Source of the DNA: Candidatus Woesearchaeota archaeon
Lineage (GTDB): Archaea; Nanobdellota; Nanobdellia; Woesearchaeales; 21-14-0-10-32-9
Direction of reading: 5' to 3'
DNA: 64,000 nucleotides
Assembly (NCBI GenBank): GCA_021736975.1
Contig: JAIPET010000003.1
Span: forward strand, 1,452 to 65,451
Shown here in pieces: positions 33,601 to 40,376 of the stretch. The notes beneath the pieces were generated by a model. The model searched no databases. It was not told the origin of the DNA and saw only the letters and a program-made list of their open reading frames with translations. Both the position numbers and the translations under genes were made by a program. Within the stretch, counting starts at the first letter, position 1. The number at the start of each line of letters is the position of its first letter.

Positions 33601-36600
33601 TTATCAATTAAATAGTACTTGTAATATTACGATAGATGGAAGTATAAATCAATCAAATATTTTTACTGAAAATAATTTAAATGAATTAGTAACAACAAAT
33701 AATTTTACAGAAGGAATTCATTACTGGAATATAACTTGTTGGGATAAATATAATAATTCAAACACAACTAACACAAGAAATTTTACAACAAAATTAGAAT
33801 CTCCAGATGTACAATTAATAATTCCAACAAATAATCAAATATTAACTCAATCATTAGTATATTTTAATTATACTCCGACAGATACAACATTAAATAATTG
33901 TTCATTATATGGTAATTTTACAGGAGACTTTGAAATAAACCAAACAAATAATATACCTATAAATGGTCTTCAAAATTCATTTAACTTAACATTACAAGAT
34001 AATATATATTTATGGAATATTAAATGTGTAGACAATGTAAGTCAAGAAAGTTATGCAACAACAAATTACACATTTAAATTAGATACAACCGCGCCACAAA
34101 TAAATTTATTAAATCCAACTAATAATACATTAAATACAACAACGAACAATATTTTATTTGAATACTCTACAACAGACACATTATCAGAAATAAGTTATTG
34201 TTCAGTAATTTTAGATGGAGAAATAAAAGATACAGATATAACAATATCAGAAAGTGCAACTCAAAACTTTACAATTTTTGTAGCAAATGGAGAACATAAT
34301 TGGAGTATAAATTGTACCGATTCAAATGGACTAGAAAGTTCATCAAATAAATATAATTTATCAATGAATGTATTATTTGAATCAGATCCTCCAGTAATAG
34401 TATTAAATTATCCTTTAGAATATTATTATACAAACATAACAAACATAACATTCAATTATACTCCAAGTGACGCATCAGATGTAGAAAATTGTTCATTATT
34501 AATAAATGGAGAAATAAACCAAACAAATACATCTCCAATAAATTTAATACCAAATTACTTTGAATTAACAAACATACCAGAAAATAATTATACTTGGCAA
34601 ATACAATGTTACGATAATGAAACATTTGCATTAGGTTACTCTATTCAAAGCGATTTTACAATAGATTTAACAAATCCATATATTAATTTAACATCTCCAA
34701 ATGATTATTCATTTTACACATCTTCAAATGTAGAATTTAATTATACTCCATTAGATACAAATATAGAAAACTGTTCATTATATGGAAATTTTTTAGGCTC
34801 TTTTGAATTACAAAATACAAATACAACACCAATATCAAATCAAACAAATACCTTTACAGAAATAATTAATGACGGTACATATTTATGGAACGTAAAATGT
34901 TATGATAAAGCAAATAGAAATTCATTCTCAGAAAACAACTACACAGTATATGTTGATGCGAATGCACCAAATTTATTAAATTCACAAAACAATCCAACAA
35001 GTCCAGCAGAATATGAATTATTACGAACTTATTATTTTAATATAACTATAGATGAACAATTCAAAGATACTGTGTGGATAGAACATAATTTTTCAGGAAC
35101 AATGCAAAACTATACAGTAACAAATAATATTAGCAACACATTTATGTACAATTATACAGATATAGCAGTAGGAAATTATTATTATAAATGGTATGCAAAT
35201 GATTCATTAGGACGAATAGGAAATACTTCAACAACTAATTATGAAATAACTAAAAAACAAGGAAGTGTAGGTTTATTATTAAATGGATTAGCATCAAACG
35301 TAACTATAAATGAAAGTAATCCTTTAAATGTAACAGGATATACAATAGAACCGAGCCAAGGATATATTATATTATATCAAGATGGAGATATGATAAATAA
35401 TGGGACGGACTATCTTGAAAATATAACTTCATATTCTCAACCAGGATCTTATAATTTAACTGTGTTTTATAATGAAACACAAAATTATACTGCTTCATCA
35501 CAAACATATTTTGTTAATGTTGTAGATGTATCAAATCCAACTGTAACTTTAATATATCCAGCAAATGAATCTTACGTAGGAAGTTTAGATATAAATTTTA
35601 GATATGATGTAACTGATAATGTTGGAATAGACAATTGCAAATTATATGTTGATGATATATTAGAAGATACAGATACAAGTATAGAAAATAATGCAGAAAA
35701 TCAATTTCCTTACACATTTTCAGGAGATGGAAATTATTCGTGGTATGTAACTTGCACAGACACATCATCAAATAGTATGACAACACAAACAAATAATTTT
35801 ACAGTAATAGAAACAACAGAAATGATTGTAAATACATCAATAACTAAACAAATATATCAAAAAGGAGAAATAATAAATGCATTAACAAAAGTAACAGATC
35901 AATTTGAATTGGAATTAGAAAATGCAAATTTAACATTAAATTTAATAATAGGAAATACTACAATTCCTTGGTGGAATGAATCTTGGGGAAGAAGACAAAA
36001 AATACTATTAGAAGAAACAACAGGACAAAATCAAACAAAGGAAACGATAAATATAACTATTGACACACAAACAATCATTTTACAAAATCTATCAGAATCA
36101 AACTGTATAGATTACAGATTTATAGATTCAAATTTAAACGAATTAGAATACAAATTAATCTCAGGTTGTAATACAACTCAAACAACATTTTTTATAAAAA
36201 CAAATTTGACTGCAGGAACAAATAACACAATATATGTGTATTATAATAATTCGCAAGCAACAAATACAAGTAATGAAAATTTGAAAAGTACTATAGGAGA
36301 AACAGGAGCAATAAATATAAATAGTTTTACAGGATCAATAAAAAATTTCAACAATCAATACGCTTATCAACCAATAATACTTGCAACACCAGTAACACAA
36401 AATGGACCCACAAGTACTGATGATTCATATAATATACCAACATTATTTGATACAGGAAATAATTATATGAATATAAGTTTATGTCAAGATAATGGTTTAG
36501 TTACTTGTAGCAATCCTGGAGCAACAGAAACAGTTCATTATTTTGTCTTTGATGTAAATAGAACAAATAAATATTCTTGGATAGAAGTAGGGACTGTTAA

Positions 36601-38761
36601 TGTTACAACTGATGGTATTGATACTGTATTAAACTTTGGAAAAACATTTAGTAACGTTCCAACAGTTTGGACAACAGCACAAACATATAATCAAGGAGGA
36701 AATATTTCATCAATAACATGGGTAGAAGATACAGCAACAAAAACAATAAGTAGTGCCCCTTTAATTGGATGTGTTCATCAAGGAATAGCTAATGTTTGTG
36801 AACCCGGACAACCTGATGAAACAATAGGATATATTGCAATAGACCCTTTAAATGTTAATATATCAAGTTATCAAGAAGGAAATTCAGACATTAGTAATAG
36901 TGAGTGGACTACAGCAGTATTCTCGCCAGTATATACAAATCCTAGAGTTATGGTTACAGAAAATGATGATGACGGCGGAGAAGATCCAGAATATCCTTGG
37001 GCAAAAAACGTAGTAAGTACTGGGATGGATTTTAGATTCTGTGAACAAGATGCTTCAGATGTATGTAATTCTCATACAAGTGAAGTAGTAAATTGGTTTG
37101 CATTAGAAGATGGAGATATACTAGCACCATTATTAGCAACAAATGATGTAACGATATATCAAGAAAACGAAGAAATATTAGTTTTAACAATACAAAATCA
37201 AACAAACCAAACAGGACAATGGAATTGGGATATAGATACATTGCAATTTGAATATTATAATTATTCAATTGTCTCAAAAGCTAGTTATTCAGGATACAAT
37301 GATAATTATGATTATGCTCATTTTGAATTAATACCAGATACAACTGCACCGAACGTAACTTTAATAATTCCAACAATAAATTATATAATATCAAATAATT
37401 CGTTAATATTTAATTGGAGTGCAAATGATTACCAAAGAAACCAAACATGCAATTTAACTATAGATGGAACAAATAATCAAACAAATATATTTCAAAATAA
37501 TGATGAAATAATATCAAGAAATATAAATAATATAATAGAAGGAAAACATAATTGGTCTGTAAACTGCGTAGATGTTTTAGGAAACTACGGTCCTTCAGAA
37601 ACAAGAAATTTCACAATAGATTTAACACCACCAACAATACAAATAATAAATCCAATAATAGAATATAATACTACAAACACTACAATAAATTTTACATTTA
37701 ACGTTACAGATCAATTCGCAGAGCAAACAAATTGTTCAATATATTTTTATGGAATAAATATAACGCAAAATGCAACAATACAAAATGCAACAAATTCAGG
37801 AATAAATGCTAATATTTCATATGGACGTTATGAATGGCTAGTAAAATGTTTTGAACCATCAGGAAATCAAGCAACATCAAATCCAAGAAACATCACTATA
37901 CTAAGCCCTCCAACAGACATATACATAAAAATAAATCAAAATAAAAGTACTACAATAAACTGGACAAATATACCGGAAGCAGAATCATATAATGTGTATA
38001 TAACAAACAATTTCACAGCAGGATTTCCTTTAACACCCAATGTAAGCGGAATAATAACTAATGAATTCACAGATCAAACAGCAAATACAACAATACAAAG
38101 ATACTATAAAATAAGTACTCAAAGAAATACAATAGAAGCTTCATCAAATGAATATGTAGGAAAATATGAATCAGAACTTCAAACAGGATATAATATGATA
38201 AGTTCACCATTAACATACTCGGATTTAGAATTAGAAAATGGAACAAATAATGCATATACTTTTAATCCAAACAATCAATGTATACAATCTTTATGGAAAT
38301 ATGAATCAGGAACTTTCAAAAGATCAGACTGGCTCACAGATAAATTTGTACCTGCATCAGGAAGTGAAGATTTCATATCAATAAATAGTACAGAAGGATA
38401 CTGGATAGAAACAAACCAAACATGTAATATAACATACATAGGAAAAATAAAAGAAATAAATTCAACAATATCTTTAAACACAGGACCAAACTTAGTATCT
38501 TGGTATACAATAAATGAAAAAACACTTCCAACAAATTATCAAACACCAATAATAAATACAAATCCAACTAATTCAGTTCAAGCAATTAATAGATTTAATG
38601 CAATAACACAAGAATTTGAATTGACAATACATTATGTAATAACTGGAACTGCATGGGGTTGGTGGCCATCATTTAATAATCAAGAGTTCCTATCTTTAAA
38701 ACCAACAGAAGGATATTATTTTGATGCAAATCAAACAAATATTTGGGAGCATGAACCATGA
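21659..38761 (+). CDS. Giant multidomain surface/adhesin-like protein, 5700 aa, with N-terminal signal/anchor
   Basis: 17.1-kb open frame. N-terminus MIKRTSKRTLKIIMIMFLTVAIAISTNA is signal-peptide-like. Three DUF2341-like starts: SWWNSNYNSRKQINI near 22069, SWWNTTWQKRKAIKL near 32026, PWWNESWGRRQKILL near 35966. LamG-like region after the first. ConA/DUF1080-like jelly roll about 24570-25170. Two FN3-like units about 26380-26680 and 29565-29850. Many ~95-aa Ig-like Cys-pair modules. Two copies of a ~282-aa Cys-loop beta-sandwich module at 28171-29020 and 36283-37125. Stop TGA at 38759-38761; no C-terminal TM segment. Confidence 0.9.
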   Translation: MIKRTSKRTLKIIMIMFLTVAIAISTNALTTDKTIYELGETVIINTNTTNYTLEIQSSNQKYKLINNEDSIIYFTPTIIGTHTITLNNNELLNFEVIQSTQKQPTSQIKPIKEKSISLTSLIKKEDLPISILSIEDSWWNSNYNSRKQINITNNDVTNTITNKYTANITINTQTLITNNKLQANCDDLRIIWINSTTPTEIDRTITNCNQTNSVVEFKIQKNISASSNSDKYYIYYENPSAINPPNNKSNIYYLWEDFEDQTHPFSNGALSPTVTTGSAKNGVYGLEGNGGGGYRRAVVPENLPRGFTIESWVYSHGDGSNADLPGISYGMQTSELNGYQTILDWRSATAGSADMQIRENYASGSPLATSTANTVSKYQWYYVTTTWKENGDIQATIYNSSMSLWGTMNVNDPTYTTGYYGINAYKSGQWDDVKVKLFMSTQPTYDLLTEEQRNPLTVSLNSPENNSVKDILTFNISCTATTEYELINITLYINSTGTWQANQTKSATGNNSQKNFEITLENLNSYKYNCLAIDNESNQAFANENNTFTVNTFFDFTPEINLSYPQENYTNNTQNIINLTLNASVSDDVNLVNCSLYHNYSGTWNLNQTNTVTGNLNTTSFQLNNIGNKSFIWNIGCYDDANQLNFAENNRTIILDNENPQISINEPTNQIYYINNITINITTNEPLNYCNYTLDNWLTNNLTNQISSTEYQATENNLAEGTYTIKTSCEDIHGNINNTEQTIFTINHKKPNVTLTNPTNNYLNNTNQYVNLTFSATATDGNELMNCSLYHNYSGTWILNQTNLVTGISNTTNFQLNNLTNKIFIWNIECSDKNNEKAFATSNRSIILDINPPGLTINSPNETYQDPSPLIIINITDQAETAWYNINNQNNITICNNCTGIQTTYKNLPEGNYQINIYVNDTNANLNSKSEFFTINQNLNYYETYDDQSSQYVLNDSLIQNGQLQFTGTGGETLLNESFDDNNYLDGNPVTWNFVNQGVGDSTPEWLIAGGILSESGNCHDDSTDLGRDTTAKGCYAYPGNYEWTDMNITARIRASDDDGMGLMFRYVDQNNYYRYRFSGTRDFRKLDKFVGGVWSELDVDYLVDGGFTQNNWHIMTITIIGDQIEGYLNGVKVLNATDSSITNGSVALYSWGMDTGSVGGDFDYINVTDLTQGYSSTTFYSEFINTTNTKTLISNITWNENNTDQNNNITIQLTTDQQNWCQATNNQGINTGTCSNFTLNNSLQYKVLFQKNNSGIIGLNDINISWQEDTENPTVEIINPIQNQILTNNYTINISINDSQSGINTAEYIIKYQNQTIAQNWSPLILNQGTINQGYWSSNITTINFQEDTYILIINATDFVGRYNDSKNISFFVDNIGPSLTLLQPTDNQTIELESILTIAVNITDNLQISTNATIEYPNTTTTQINLINTIGNTYEANFTMPIIQGRYNITINTNNSNGRTNQTTTYIQGKDLQNPQVTIINPAPLTTIEQLTNIDINVTINDQTNTTVQANITQPNLHDDQISLTQINSTHYSIEYTNTSQIGIYNITIIATDENNNQNVTETISFQIQDLTKPTAFNLLSPTNATINTTIQPMLQWEQTTEANFKNYTINIYEDQARTILNATYYTTTITNTSITIDALNSDATYYWDVTAHDLYGNNRTSNQIYSYTTDNTNPQINLQSPNNTIIRINTTTINYTPIDTNLKNCTLYLNDTGVFAPNQTTLNPINNQINQFNITLQDNSYDWNINCYDQANQNNFAIQNNTFTINTKPTKINLMSPQNNSIDSDGIITIQYNLSHIENVTNCTLNFQETQYQITSINQNLTNNYQLNNVEAGQYNYNLTCEDLSGYINTSQSKIINVIRTESFSGNTSNMSQESPENLINLILEKPNKGKINFTETINLSGGANLNQLVAINQNFISVDTITEPRLNKSASLTFYNLSYQFTPRILINNQICSECQIINYASNTLIMNVTHFTNYSTEANTQLIIWDQDDDVAGNNHVSIGDQVQFYANYTNKTSGSSIFGAGAYCEIIFDDTNLINMTYNATTKIYEYNRTFDAQSIETWNVSCIASAQNYESLNSTDNVEIRGPAPIIENAFFNETTARADDYILVNATITDSSGNDTVTSVIYSMQYPNGTKQNYSMTQSIDYDKTHSSTNILSEESSSTPQSDRRTIGETGEINLTSMTWQLVELTNTYNNTPVIVAIPTTQNAPASFDDSYMIPTISMVNETHFNITTCLDNGTSTCTPSDVEETIHYFAFDPQASNQFSWIDVGTVSTTTGGADTTVTFGKTFSNTPDIFTTAQTYNQNGNIAAIAWAEDTATKTTSSALIIGCVHQGTSDACATGQPDETMGYIAIDSANINITSWQTGSASISASTWTAAAFSPTYAAPRVMVTQNDDNGAQDPEYAWARSLTGSGMQYRYCEADGADYCDSHTGEVVNWFALEQGNITARGASTDTEANKSYEYYYDVDNKNVVNITNMNITIEISAYSNLGSISKSNNDPDLIIEIASTDNSSWSEIGTLGVSGIGNYTLNITNQSILTAWITQTNRDIRIKPINLDFYDDTNQDYINWSGIYLQMTYDAESSNWYHIFTDTYQLNEYNLTDIYVSDEDLFTNHKLFNDISFSIYTTVLDSFNLTNPTNNTLSADRQPVLNWEQTSAYKFKNYTIQIDNNSDFSSPEQIIIKTVLTENTSTTSNLPADQTSYWRVIAYNEYNNATYSNQIFRYETDNTNPIINLTTPSQNQIFYTNTIIFNYTPNDLHLKNCTLYTDVNGTWFANETNTTPINNQPNYFNKTINDGYYTWNVECYDEVNQKSFSENNNSFIIDTIPPTINLETPQNNTLNETTNNILFEYNVTDILTSIQNCEMILDEDIKDTDISITENTTQNFTIFVANGNHNWSINCTDDNGQVGSSDIYNISVNVASESDPPIIVLNEPLENTYSQLNNITFNYTPSDATGIENCSLIIDGEINQTNTSLTSEETSTFQINEMPDAQYSWKIECYDNNTQAKGNSVTRILTIDTINPIIQLNLPDNDSFYTNLNLFFNYTPTDTNLDYCELFHDDTGIFELKQTNNSPISGIENLFNQTLQENTYLWNIRCVDLSGRASFAIQNKTVKLDANSPKYSNISINPESSTNYTEEQIYEFNITINETFLDTLYIQHNFTGTLTNYSVTTNQGNTYLYNYTDIFPGKYIYKWFMNDSLNRQNETSIFNYQINISEPNMTLTLNGQQNDITINETQSVTIISTLNEPTNKYYELYQNGILINYGTSPLLNITTYNNAGIYQIITNITGSENYTQKSINYTITVNDVDSPIITLIYPEHNSTVGTSNITFQYNVTDSTNITSCELYVDSSLKDTDTNITKNTLQTFNWNVADGDHDYYIRCYDEYSNTGTSSTYDFSVQDSTQINIIINTTKQTYQEGEIIEINSFTGDLFGSPLNTSLELDLIYTNTTTSSASWWNTTWQKRKAIKLNNPDSSASLKTVHVNITNLTGYLTDCYKELRIIKNTSTGPELIEHEIISGDNTTFCQLKFNADLSANAIDEINYHVYYDNNTPVTDPGFTVTDITFNIQRGEITGSTTSITDTMNQVNQANSFIILSSKASSTAPNGNQFTPKFDSDTQISFDRYSAVAGTASWQVIESSDYFVQANTTTLSTSQVATTVNISSINTDKTIIIPYARANDASASNNNRGYVYATILNETQIQLNRSSTGAAASVYYQVIEFPETYTVRSGTLSFTTTSATDTVPQVNTSRSMLFFSYGINGDTGLDANHIRGKFNSGTQIEFNRVVNQGTAYVSWYVVEFPESFVTQSASSTITADTGVLLTNPIVLNKTFHVQSRASSGGGTTYTNAMVKTNLTNTTHIYLDKETTSNINDIDWMLIEKTTSTTSTNTSIGNTEELIQKNVSITGLDGFADLIYWQTINEYFGNYSVVGLASRFAFTNSTNYATFELTNDTTPPIITINYPGSIENISNSSTLFNFTTYDYQLNSTCNITIDGSINQSNIFTENNLNELVTTNNFTEGIHYWNITCWDKYNNSNTTNTRNFTTKLESPDVQLIIPTNNQILTQSLVYFNYTPTDTTLNNCSLYGNFTGDFEINQTNNIPINGLQNSFNLTLQDNIYLWNIKCVDNVSQESYATTNYTFKLDTTAPQINLLNPTNNTLNTTTNNILFEYSTTDTLSEISYCSVILDGEIKDTDITISESATQNFTIFVANGEHNWSINCTDSNGLESSSNKYNLSMNVLFESDPPVIVLNYPLEYYYTNITNITFNYTPSDASDVENCSLLINGEINQTNTSPINLIPNYFELTNIPENNYTWQIQCYDNETFALGYSIQSDFTIDLTNPYINLTSPNDYSFYTSSNVEFNYTPLDTNIENCSLYGNFLGSFELQNTNTTPISNQTNTFTEIINDGTYLWNVKCYDKANRNSFSENNYTVYVDANAPNLLNSQNNPTSPAEYELLRTYYFNITIDEQFKDTVWIEHNFSGTMQNYTVTNNISNTFMYNYTDIAVGNYYYKWYANDSLGRIGNTSTTNYEITKKQGSVGLLLNGLASNVTINESNPLNVTGYTIEPSQGYIILYQDGDMINNGTDYLENITSYSQPGSYNLTVFYNETQNYTASSQTYFVNVVDVSNPTVTLIYPANESYVGSLDINFRYDVTDNVGIDNCKLYVDDILEDTDTSIENNAENQFPYTFSGDGNYSWYVTCTDTSSNSMTTQTNNFTVIETTEMIVNTSITKQIYQKGEIINALTKVTDQFELELENANLTLNLIIGNTTIPWWNESWGRRQKILLEETTGQNQTKETINITIDTQTIILQNLSESNCIDYRFIDSNLNELEYKLISGCNTTQTTFFIKTNLTAGTNNTIYVYYNNSQATNTSNENLKSTIGETGAININSFTGSIKNFNNQYAYQPIILATPVTQNGPTSTDDSYNIPTLFDTGNNYMNISLCQDNGLVTCSNPGATETVHYFVFDVNRTNKYSWIEVGTVNVTTDGIDTVLNFGKTFSNVPTVWTTAQTYNQGGNISSITWVEDTATKTISSAPLIGCVHQGIANVCEPGQPDETIGYIAIDPLNVNISSYQEGNSDISNSEWTTAVFSPVYTNPRVMVTENDDDGGEDPEYPWAKNVVSTGMDFRFCEQDASDVCNSHTSEVVNWFALEDGDILAPLLATNDVTIYQENEEILVLTIQNQTNQTGQWNWDIDTLQFEYYNYSIVSKASYSGYNDNYDYAHFELIPDTTAPNVTLIIPTINYIISNNSLIFNWSANDYQRNQTCNLTIDGTNNQTNIFQNNDEIISRNINNIIEGKHNWSVNCVDVLGNYGPSETRNFTIDLTPPTIQIINPIIEYNTTNTTINFTFNVTDQFAEQTNCSIYFYGINITQNATIQNATNSGINANISYGRYEWLVKCFEPSGNQATSNPRNITILSPPTDIYIKINQNKSTTINWTNIPEAESYNVYITNNFTAGFPLTPNVSGIITNEFTDQTANTTIQRYYKISTQRNTIEASSNEYVGKYESELQTGYNMISSPLTYSDLELENGTNNAYTFNPNNQCIQSLWKYESGTFKRSDWLTDKFVPASGSEDFISINSTEGYWIETNQTCNITYIGKIKEINSTISLNTGPNLVSWYTINEKTLPTNYQTPIINTNPTNSVQAINRFNAITQEFELTIHYVITGTAWGWWPSFNNQEFLSLKPTEGYYFDANQTNIWEHEP
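29855..32020 (+). repeat. Intragenic segmental duplication copy A (about 2.2 kb, Ig-like module array) in giant ORF2
   Basis: Runs NPIINLTTPSQNQ ... PPTINLETPQNNTLNETTNNILFEYNVTD ... ESDPPIIVLNEPLE ... DANSPKYSNISINPESS ... VDSPIITLIYPEHNS ... up to SWWNTTW. Colinear module by module with copy B. Confidence 0.7.
33800..35965 (+). repeat. Intragenic segmental duplication copy B (about 2.2 kb) in giant ORF2
   Basis: Runs SPDVQLIIPTNNQ ... APQINLLNPTNNTLNTTTNNILFEYSTTD ... ESDPPVIVLNYPLE ... DANAPNLLNSQNNPTSP ... VSNPTVTLIYPANES ... up to PWWNESW. Long identical peptides are shared with copy A, e.g. TQNFTIFVANG(N/E)HNWSINCTD. Confidence 0.7.
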
Positions 38762-40350
38762 AAACACATAAACTAAAAATAAAAAATGTAACTTTTGCGA
38801 TTATCCAAATATTGTTATTAATACTATTATCTTTTTCAGTATTTGCAATTCCAGTTCCTAAAGGAATAGATGGGACAATATACAGATTAGATGGTTTAAC
38901 ACAAGTAATAAAAGGAATACCTATAACAATAACAAATTTAGAAACAGGAGAAATAAAAAATATTGTTACGGGAAAAGGAACTTTTGGAAGATATTCAACA
39001 ACATTAGAATGGGTAGAAGGAACAAAAATACAAATAAAAGCAAGCAATCCAATAAATGAAATAAAAAGAAATACAACTATTACAGGAATAATACACAAAT
39101 TTGATTTAATATTGAATATGAGTATACCTAATTTACCTCCAGAAATTATAACTGAGAATTTAGGACAAATTAATGAAGAATATTTATTTGAAAAACAAAT
39201 TGAAATATTTGACTGGAATGATGATAAAATAATTTTTTCATTACAAACAAAACCAGAAGGAATGAAAATAACTTCTCAAGGAAAAATAAGTTGGACTCCA
39301 ACAAAATATCAATCAGGAATACACGAAATAACCATTGTTGCAAATGATGGCGAATTAATTACAACTAAAACATTTCAATTAATAGTGATGAATACAATAA
39401 ATGAAACAAATAACATTAATCAAACTGAGATTAATCCAACAAAAATTAATAACTTTGGAAATAGAGCTGGAAATACAAATTTAGCTTTAGAAACTCAATC
39501 TTTAACATTTTTAGGAAGTTTACCCAAATCAAACTTAACAACAAATAAAACAAATATTTCAAAAGAAAATAAACATTTGCAAATAATAAAAAATCCAAAA
39601 ATCACAAATCAAAAAACAGTATATGAATATATACAAACAAATCAACACAAAGGAAAAACTGAAATAAAAATACTTAAAAATTGGTTAAAAGAAAAAGGAA
39701 TAACAGTTAAAGATATAATTATCGAAGAATTAAATGGAAACAAATGGAAAGAACAAAAAATCAATCCTATTTATGATGATGGAAAAAACATAGTTTTTGA
39801 AACAAATTTAAAACAAAATAAATTATATGCAATAACAATAAAAGAAGGAGTGGAGATATTAGAAAATAAAGAACAAATAACAAATATAAATCCAACAAGA
39901 AAAATTCATGGAAAAATAATAATTCAAGGAGTGGATATTTCAAAAAATCCTAAAATAACAATAAATACAACAAATCAAATTGTAGATGCACTAGTAGAAA
40001 AAACTGACAAAAAAACAATATTTTATCAAGCAACTTTAAAAGGAAATCCAGAACATGCAACAATAAAAATTAACTATGCAAATAAAGAAATAGTGCAGCA
40101 AATAAATTTATATCAAGAAATAACTACGCACGATATGACTATAAAAAATAATGCTTTTAATTTAATTACAGGATTTGTATCAGGTCAAGGAGAAGTAGAA
40201 ACCAACCAAATAATTCACATATTAGCACTTTTCGCATTTACTATGCTACTGGGAACAGCAATTTACTTTAATAAAAAAATTAACAAAAAAAATAAAGAAA
40301 TTAAAGATGATGAAAAAAATAAATTTAATGAACAAAGTAAAAAAAATTAA
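38758..40350 (+). CDS. Bitopic surface protein (N-terminal signal/TM, Ig-like 'putative Ig/He_PIG-type' domain, C-terminal TM plus Lys-rich tail), 530 aa
   Basis: ATGA overlap with the giant ORF2 stop. N-terminal hydrophobic segment VTFAIIQILLLILLSFSVFAIP. Motif KITSQGKISWTPTKYQSGIHEITIVANDG. C-terminal IIHILALFAFTMLLGTAIYF followed by NKKINKKNK. Confidence 0.85.
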   Translation: MKTHKLKIKNVTFAIIQILLLILLSFSVFAIPVPKGIDGTIYRLDGLTQVIKGIPITITNLETGEIKNIVTGKGTFGRYSTTLEWVEGTKIQIKASNPINEIKRNTTITGIIHKFDLILNMSIPNLPPEIITENLGQINEEYLFEKQIEIFDWNDDKIIFSLQTKPEGMKITSQGKISWTPTKYQSGIHEITIVANDGELITTKTFQLIVMNTINETNNINQTEINPTKINNFGNRAGNTNLALETQSLTFLGSLPKSNLTTNKTNISKENKHLQIIKNPKITNQKTVYEYIQTNQHKGKTEIKILKNWLKEKGITVKDIIIEELNGNKWKEQKINPIYDDGKNIVFETNLKQNKLYAITIKEGVEILENKEQITNINPTRKIHGKIIIQGVDISKNPKITINTTNQIVDALVEKTDKKTIFYQATLKGNPEHATIKINYANKEIVQQINLYQEITTHDMTIKNNAFNLITGFVSGQGEVETNQIIHILALFAFTMLLGTAIYFNKKINKKNKEIKDDEKNKFNEQSKKN

Positions 40351-40376
40351 TATTGAAAAGATTAAGAATATTTAAA

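Noticed and set aside
130-38567. Dozens of 60-225-aa minus-strand ORFs inside the giant genes (e.g. 2648-3325, 6232-6684, 8275-8904, 28749-29147).
   Set aside because: They are antisense shadows of the long sense frames. Their translations are low-complexity Leu/Phe/His/Ile-rich strings produced by reverse-complementing Asn/Thr/Ile/Glu codons. None has a motif, and all are fully nested in a far longer ORF.
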